This document shows, piece by piece, positions 34,217 to 41,940 of a stretch of DNA of 41,940 nucleotides. Source of the stretch: Macrostomum lignano. Its lineage: Eukaryota. The notes beneath the pieces were generated by a model. That model worked only from the letters and a program-made list of their open reading frames with translations, did not search any database and was not told the origin of the DNA. Numbering within the stretch: the stretch's first letter is position 1; each line of letters opens with the position of its first letter. Where the stretch lies: contig NIVC01004561.1 in assembly GCA_002269645.1 (NCBI GenBank), positions 1 to 41,940 of the forward strand. Direction: 5' to 3'. A program made the translations under genes and the position numbers.

Positions 34217-34739
34217 GATCGAACAGGACCAAATTCGTCTATGGCGAAACCTTATTCAGGGCCACTCATTCTCTGGAGCCCCATAGTCACCAGTACGACT
34301 AAAACTAAGCAATGTGACAAACGTAGAGTTTTTTAACGTAGAGTTTAGGGTTAACTAACCTTGCGATGGGAGGTTGAAGGATCGGAAAACAAGAGCAGAG
34401 GCAATCAAGCAAAAGGATGAATCTGAGACAGAAGGCAAACAAAACTGAGAGCATTGCCTGCTACGAGTGTTAGTAAATGAAGCGAATCTTGTGCAATTTT
34501 ATCCAATAAGCGAATACACTCGGCAGATATGCTTTGATTCGCAGTTTGAAACAGATTTGAAACTGGAAAATCGAAACCTCTTAGGCGGAAAACTCTCTGT
34601 AATGTATTATATGGGCTCAACTGATCTGTGATCAACTGATCGGCCTTTTAAAATCATCAAGATTGCCTTGTCATTAAATATAGTACGATGAGACTATACT
34701 TGCAGATAACCATTGCTGAGTTGCTTGCCTTTCATCGGG

Positions 34740-36192
34740 ACGGGCGCTGATCGAGGGGGTGCTGTCCTTAGGGACGGGTCGCTGTCCCTCAGGGGCACTG
34801 TTATTCAGGGACGCCGTCCTTAGAGAGCGGGCGCTGTCTTTAGGGAAGGGGCACTGTCCTTAGGGAAGGGGCACTGTCCTTAGGGAAGGAGCACTGTCCT
34901 TAGGGAAGGGGCACTGTCCTTAGGGAAGGGCACTGTCCTTAGGGAAGGGGCACTGTCCTTAGGGAAGGGGCACTGTCCTTAGGGAAGGGGCACTGTCCTT
35001 AGGGAAGGGGCACTGTCCTTAGGGAAGGGGCACTGTCCTTAGGGAAGGGGCACTGTCCTTAGGGAAGGGGCACTGTCCTTAGGGAAGGGGCACTGTCCTT
35101 AGGGAAGGAGCACTGTCCTTAGGGAAGGAGCACTGTCCTTAGGGAAGGGGCACTGTCCTTAGGGAAGGGGCACTGTCCTTAGGGAAGGAGCACTGTCCTT
35201 AGGGAAGGAGCACTGTCCTTAGGGAAGGGGCACTGTCCTTAGGGGGGAGGCACTGTCCTTAGGGAAGGGGCACTGTCCTTAGGGAAGGAGCACTGTCCTT
35301 AGGGAAGGGGCACTGTCCTTAGGGAAGGGGCACTGTCCTTAGGGGGGAGGCACTGTCCTTAGGGAAGGGGCACTGTCCTTAGGGAAGGAGCACTGTCCTT
35401 AGGGAAGGGGCACTGTCCTTAGGGAAGGGGCACTGTCCTTAGGGAAGGAGCACTGTCCTTAGGGAAGGGGCACTGTCCTTAGGGGGGAGGCACTGTCCTT
35501 AGGGAAGGGGCACTGTCCTTAGGGGGGAGGCACTGTCCTTAGGGAAGGGGCACTATCTATAGGGGGGGAGGCACTGTCCTTAGGGAAGGGGCACTGTCCT
35601 TAGGGAAGGGGTACTGTCCTTAGGGAAGGGGTACTGTCCTTAGGGAAGGGGCACTATCTATAGGGGGGGAGACACTGTCCTTAGGGAAGGGGCACTGTCC
35701 TTAGGGAAGGGGCACTGTCCTTAGGGAAGGAGCACTGTCCTTAGGGAAGGGGCACTGTCCTTAGGGGGGAGGCACTGTCCTTAGGGAAGGGGCACTGTCC
35801 TTAGGGAAGGAGCACTGTCCTTAGGGAATGGGCACTGTCCTTAGGGAAGGAGCACTGTCCTTAGGGAAGGAGCACTGTCCTTAGGGAAGGGGCACTATCT
35901 ATAGGGGGGAGGCACTGTCCTTAGGGAAGGGCACTGTCCTTAGGGAAGGGGTACTGTCCTTAGGGAAGGGGTACTGTCCTTAGGGAAGGGGCACTATCTA
36001 TAGGGGGGGAGACACTGTCCTTAGGGAAGGGGCACTGTCCTTAGGGAAGGGGCACTGTCCTTAGGGAAGGGGTACTGTCCTTAGGGAAGGGGCACTATCT
36101 ATAGGGGGGAGGCACTGTCCTTAGGGAAGGGGCACTGTCCTTGGGGAAGGGGCACTGTCCTTAGGGAAGGGGTGCTGTCCTCGTGGGGGGGG
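34740..36192. repeat. 20-bp G-rich satellite CACTGTCCTTAGGGAAGGGG, ~65-70 copies
   Basis: Regular core ~34845-36170 with degenerate edges. Variants include GGAAGGAG, GGGGGAGG and CTATCTATAGG. Confidence 0.97.
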
Positions 36193-38078
36193 CTGTCACT
36201 TGCAACCTTAATAAACTGTATTGAAAGCAATATGGCAGCAATTAAAGAACATGGTCCAATAGCTTTAAATTTGAAGTCCGGATATCAGGCTAGTTTCCGC
36301 CCCCAAGTCTCCCTCGCACTAGTAGGGTAACTACTGGGTGAATCGATTGCCAGAAATCTGCAAAATCCTTTATTTATCGAGCTGTCCTTATCCTGCATCA
36401 TCCCGGGCTCTTCAGTCGTGATTTAATAACGAAAAAGCTGCCCACTTAATGCGCCAGGCTTAAGCCACCGGCCCTCCCGCAGTGAGCGACGCTGCCTGTG
36501 ATCTGCAGGAAAAGCCGAGACTCGCCGGGCTTTTGGAATGTCTCATCTTCATCCATCTAGTGGATTAGGCGGCCTCACTGTCACTTGAGACAACTGGAAA
36601 TATTGAGAGAAATGATTAAAGATAAACGGATCCTCTTTTCAAGGCTTGAGCAGCTCAGAGTGGATGGATAGCGACTGACCAGCAGCCATCCGCTCTGATC
36701 CCTCTGTCGCACAGGATCAATCTGACAGGCAAGAAGAGTCTGTATTTCCCTACAAGCATAGAACTCAACTTTTGCTATGAATATACGGAGTATACTTTGA
36801 GCACCGCTTGCCGCTGAACAACATGAAAAGGAGAACCGCGGAGCTTTGAAAAACTGCACAATGCGATACCTCTATAGAGCGTCTTGCGCTCATTCTTTCA
36901 GCTCATCCATGGAGACACAGCAGAGCAGCATAATTAGGCATTTGCTATAGAGTGAAAGCCACTTCAGAATTTTTCTCATAGCATCTCCTCAACAACTAGC
37001 GCTCTTACTCATAGCCAATTGAGAATTGTGCAAAGCCATCGGATGCAAGTGACAGTAGAGTGTGCGGTTTATCAGCATGATGAGGTATTTAAGCAGAATT
37101 TTCGCAATGCTGTGAAGCAGCAATCTGCAAAGCAGCTGTGACAAGGAAACCCCAACGCTTTTTAATAGATGCGTGTGAAGATAAAAAAAAATCGCTCAGA
37201 ATTCTAGCAGCCCCTCGATGGAAATGTGAATAATCTGCAGCGACAATGGCTTTGGAATCTTAACTAAATGAGAGGTTACTTTTCATGAATGAAAGGCTTC
37301 CTACAGCTGTTATTTGCCACACAGTGCTCAGGCTGCTCAGATATGCAGAGTTGAAGATTAACGCGCAGCTGAATTTCAGCACCAGATTGTTCCACTTGCC
37401 CCTGGTGCTGGTTTCGAGTCTGAGACCTTGAGCTGCCTGCCCTCTTCGAGCGAGAGATTGAGCTGGGCTAATTGAGTTACCCGGGCCTCTGCTTGGCTGG
37501 CCCGAAACTTTCAGCTCGGCCCCGAGGAGCTGCAGGGTGCAGAGTTTCAAAGTCGGGCTGATTGCGATTAACCCTTGGCAAAAACTGCGCCCGCTCCACC
37601 CTGCGCTGATGATTTTTCCTTTCAATCTCATTGTCCGGGTCGATAAACTGCCAGCAATGCTGTTGGGAGAATATCGGGAGCAGATGTTTTCCTCGGGACT
37701 AAAGAGCTGCGCTCCAAGCAATATGGGGGTGAGACTCAAGCTGGGAGCATAAATCACTGGCCTTCATAGCAGAAACTTGCTTGCGATGAGTTGCCTGTCT
37801 CGGGGGGGGGAGTCGTCACTCAAAATGGAAAGAAACGGCCGCAACTGTAAGCGGCAGATTGCAGTGAAAATCAGACACGCTTTTACTGCGATTCTGGCTT
37901 ATATGATTGCCTCTTCTTGAACTTGTCTGTCAGAAGTATGATTCTCCATAGCTGATTGAATCGAGTCAATAACCTGTGGTCAGTAATACGTGTATTCCAA
38001 GTACGATAAAACTATGCTTACGAGTATACATGTATACTAACTCAGAGCATCAATCGAGATGATATCGATGCATTTTAC

Positions 38079-38334
38079 AGCCATGAAATTCACCATGGCA
38101 GTTAAGAAAGTCATGGAATTCACAATGGCAGCTCAAAAAGCCATGGAATTCACAATGGCAGCTCAAAAAGCCATGGAATTCACAATGGCAGCTCAAAAAG
38201 CCATGGAATTCACAATGGCAGTTCACAAAGCCATGGACTTCACAATGGCAGCTCACAAAGCCATGGAATTCACATGGCAGTTCACAAAGCCATGGACTTC
38301 ACAATGGCAGTTCACAAAGCCATAGAATTCACAG
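38079..38334. repeat. 30-bp minisatellite GCAGCTCAAAAAGCCATGGAATTCACAATG, ~8 copies
   Basis: Direct reading. It explains ORFs 38050-38256 and 38059-38325. Confidence 0.92.
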
Positions 38335-38527
38335 ATTCAGCTACACGCCGTGTTTTCGAGCTCCGGCCTTTTTCGTCTTCCTTGCAGGCAAGTTGGCGAG
38401 CCCTGGATTGAAAAAGAGGCACAGAAAAGCTGAGACACGAGCTGCAGCATCGATTGCGTGATTGGGTCTCTCCATCTCTCGATCACTGCGAATCTCTGCC
38501 ATGGCATGTCCTGACAGAACCTGTACT

Positions 38528-38555
38528 GACACACACACGCACACACACACACACA
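38528..38555. repeat. (CA)n microsatellite
   Basis: gacacacacacgcacacacacacacacag. Confidence 0.85.
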
Positions 38556-41500
38556 GGTCTCGAATTTCGCGAGTAGCAGCAGCAGGGAAAAATTGAAAGC
38601 AAAAATTCGATGTGAAAAAGTCAAAATTATGACATTCAGTTTCTTAGGCGGCTCTCTGAAGCGGCATCTGAAGTTAAACTTTGATGCTCCAGCTTCATCC
38701 CATTTTTATAACTGTCAAATAAAAACTCCATTGAGATAATGAAGTTCAGCACTGAGAGACTCAGCATGTCTGGAGTCATTCGATTATGAATTCTCCTAAA
38801 TTCGCTGAGAAATTGGATTATCCGCATCCAATAGGTGCTGGGGTGCTCTAATTGATTCAAATCTGCTTTCACTTCAATTTACTAATGACTAAATAGAGGA
38901 GAGAATTCAATCGTTTCCACGCAGTCTATTGGATGGCTTCAAATATTTCTGTCATATTTTAACTCAATAGTTTCATTAATATGATACGCACGTATGACTC
39001 ATCGGTGTGAGTCGTCCGTCCTCCAGTCCTTTCAGTTTGGGTCCACATTCATATAGCATTAAAACTTTTAATTATTCGAATTCAAGGCAATTGACTGGTG
39101 CATAGTAAATCAACACTCAATAAGTTACATCACTTCGTTAGCTGGATTTCAGCTGTTGTAACAGAGGCTAAGAAGCAAATAATTATTTTTAAGTTTCGCG
39201 GTCAGCTGCACATCTTGCGCAGTTAATCTGTTGATGCACCATATTCATTGAATCTCTTCAAGCTTACTCCCCGTCCCTGGACTTGCTGGAAGGTGAAAAC
39301 CGGAGAGCCACGCGATGAAAGATCGAGTGGACGCAGCTGGTAGAAAGAAAGCCACCCGGCAATCAAGCAGCCTCAGGCTTGAATTGCTGAAGTTGGCAGA
39401 CTTCAGAGCTGCACCGGGTCACTTGGACTGGTTTCTGACCCAGCGGATAAGCTTGGTAGAATTTTATATATGCCCATTTGCACAGTGCCGTGATCCTCCT
39501 TGAACCTCATTGAAATTTTTAGATTTGATTAAAAGCAAAAATGCAGTCCAGCATCGACTCGTATGGAGACTTTTACCATCATACTATGCGTTTATATTTA
39601 TATAGAATCTTATGATAATCACAGTTGGAATTTTTAATGCAATTATTTTTTTGTTTGGGAGTTTTCTGGTTAACAAATGAGCAGCAATCTCTGCTTTCTA
39701 TTGTCATCACCAGGATTCCCCTGTCGCATTGTGATGCAGTAAAGTGTTCTACAGACTAGCAATAATTCCTGTTCTGAGCGGCTTTCGCACCATCCTGCAG
39801 CTCATAAATAAACCCGGAGGCAATACAAAATGAATCCACACTGGAATGGAGCTGCAGTCAATATGGACAATGGGGACAAACGCTTTTAGCCAGCAACAGG
39901 GTCACAAAACAGTCACGCCGAAAGATAATAATAGAGATATGAATAGATTCGAGTGAGCTGGAGGCTCAGACTGGGGATGCCTAAATTTAGCTGGGTGAAA
40001 ATGTTATTTATTGCTGGAAAAGCTTCTTCAGAAGCGACTCCCCAGCAACTGTTTCTCTTGACCGGCCCAACTGAATCGCTGAATAGTCAGAAATATGCAA
40101 TCAAATCCAACGAAAATTCCCTTGCCTCGCATTTATTTCTCAGAGAAGATAATCCACAATTTTTCTGACGCTCGGCTTATTGTCTTAAGAACAATAGTAG
40201 CATATTTAATCAACAATTGCTTGTCTCGGGCTCATAGTGTTCCGTGTCTATAGAGTGGGACAGCGTGGATCAGTAAACTCTATTACGTAAGGACCGCACA
40301 ATTGGCGGTATAAGCTCTCATAAAAATGTTAATGGTATAAAGTAAAAATTCGCAACGGTAGGCTAACTAGGCTCATTAGTATATTGTATTTGTATTGTAC
40401 TAGAAAATCTGGTAACAATTTTCTTTATTTTATTTTTTATACCCAGTAAAGTCTCTATCCGGTTATAACTTATTGAAAATTAGACCCTCTGGCTTATGAA
40501 AACAGTAAACCAACCAACTAGTGGCAGTGCAAGGCTATTCCCCCAACCCGCACGAGAAACCAGTGCATTCTGTTTGCCTGTCTTATGCAACCCCTTGACG
40601 GATTAAGAGGAAATGGGTTTTCACCCCTCACCTGGGTGAGCGCGAGGTTACTGCCTGGGAAATCCACGCTATAGTCTTTAAACTGGGAGGAAAGTGTGAC
40701 ATGGGAAATTGAAAGTAAAAAGCAGACACAGAACAATAACCAAAGCGCCTTAACACTTCAGCAGCCCCCTCTATAGCTTCCATGCAGATGTGAAAGTGCA
40801 CAGAATGTGTTGGGCTATTTGTGGCGGTAGAACTGTTGTTTGTGAATTAAAGGCGAGCGATATTTTCTGGGTTTCAATACAAGCGGCCGCTTCAGATGCG
40901 AGGCATTATGCACGCTGGAACAGGTAAGGGTCTCAATGCAGGTCAGGTATGAAGCTCCAAGCTGAAGAAGATAGTCTGGGCGCATAATTCCTTTGTGGCA
41001 GTGACGGAAGTAGATGTCTGCTCACATCAAGCCCTGATGTCATAAGCCAAGGCTTCTGTAGCTGAGAAAAATGAATAGGAGTTCATCCATGCCCTCGTTT
41101 ATGCTCGAGTTGTGCCTGAGAAGAAAGATAATGAAATTCAAGAGGTGCTGTTTGGGCCACGACTGTGACAGCTTCTCGACAGTTAAGGGCCTCCAACGTC
41201 AAGCAGATGGCCAGACTCGAGTAGCATTAAGGCCCGCGGAGACAAGCATGGGTCCAAGCTCATCTCACTGATTCAGTTAAGATCTATATTTTGATATCTC
41301 TAACCCAAAAAAGTGAGTTTTAGTTACCGCTCGTAAAGACTGTGATGATGCAATCGGTATGTGCGAGTGCATGGAGTGCCCACATGGACGGCGCTTTGAT
41401 ATAGCAATTGCAGCAATAAGCTCAAAATGAAAACTTTTAAGCCGTCGTTTGTTGCAGAGTACGAAGAAATTAAATTACCGGGTCAACAGCGTTGTCAAGA

Positions 41501-41940
41501 CACTCCACAACTGAGTCTGGCTGATAAAGAATTACAAATTAACTTCAGTGAAATCAATTGACCTCAATTCTCTAGCTCACAAAATCCTGCAGACTCGTGC
41601 GAAAATTACCCTGCCTTGTAGATTTTCTAGCACATCTGAGTAAAACTAGCCAACTTGATTTTGAGTAGCTAGCTTCAGCCTCTGCTTTGCTGTCAGTCTT
41701 TCAGCGAGAGTGACGAGCATGACAGTTTCCTTTGTTCTGCCTGAGAAGCATTTTAAACAATGTTTTCAAAGTGTCTTTCACGCGCTTTCCTATGCTCAAA
41801 AACATGCAAGCATCCCCGAGAAAGGCGCATTCTCTCGTTAGCTTTAAAGTGTGTCTTGCCTATAGCAAGAAGCCTTGTCCTGAGGCCAGGCGTAAATGAA
41901 AATCGATTCTCTCCAATTGCTAAGCTGTCAGCTGCCCCAT

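Noticed and set aside
34740-36192. True telomere
   Set aside because: TTAGGG is embedded in a 20-bp unit and unique sequence continues on both sides.
37260-37757. 165-aa minus-strand ORF
   Set aside because: No recognisable domain or coding-like composition, and no partner exons found.
38059-38325. AAQKAMEFTM repeat protein
   Set aside because: In-frame only because the unit is 30 bp; there is no flanking domain or splice support, and the frame breaks in the last units.

Overview
This is eukaryotic animal DNA with spliced genes, rich in repeats. The RTE-type retroposon remnants, dense minisatellites and gene style suggest a free-living flatworm such as Macrostomum, but that is an inference. 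Four protein-coding genes could be rebuilt exon by exon with GT-AG junctions and consistent phases: an inositol-trisphosphate 3-kinase (+, 8 exons, 557 aa), a convergent tyramine/dopamine beta-hydroxylase (-, 9 coding exons, 576 aa), a GKAP-domain DLGAP5/HURP-like protein (+, 2 exons, 820 aa) and VMA21 (+, 2 exons, 106 aa). Other content: a decayed R1/LOA-type LINE (about 0.5-3.75 kb), two RTE-like fragments, a very young non-autonomous LTR element in a tbh intron, two SINE copies, several MITE/foldback elements (most with readable TSDs) and four non-coding tandem arrays. The most unusual observations are (1) a 28-unit in-frame GAKTPGKESG array that gives the HURP-like protein 24 tandem full CDK consensus sites, (2) a local mutational scar where CpG is nearly absent and CTAG is strongly enriched, with younger insertions layered on top, (3) the compact GC-repeat-filled LTR element with near-identical LTRs, and (4) an MGSCCS dual-acylation N-terminus on the IP3 kinase. 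No gene could be supported in about 28.5-41.9 kb. All motif identifications are from reading and recall; no searches were run.
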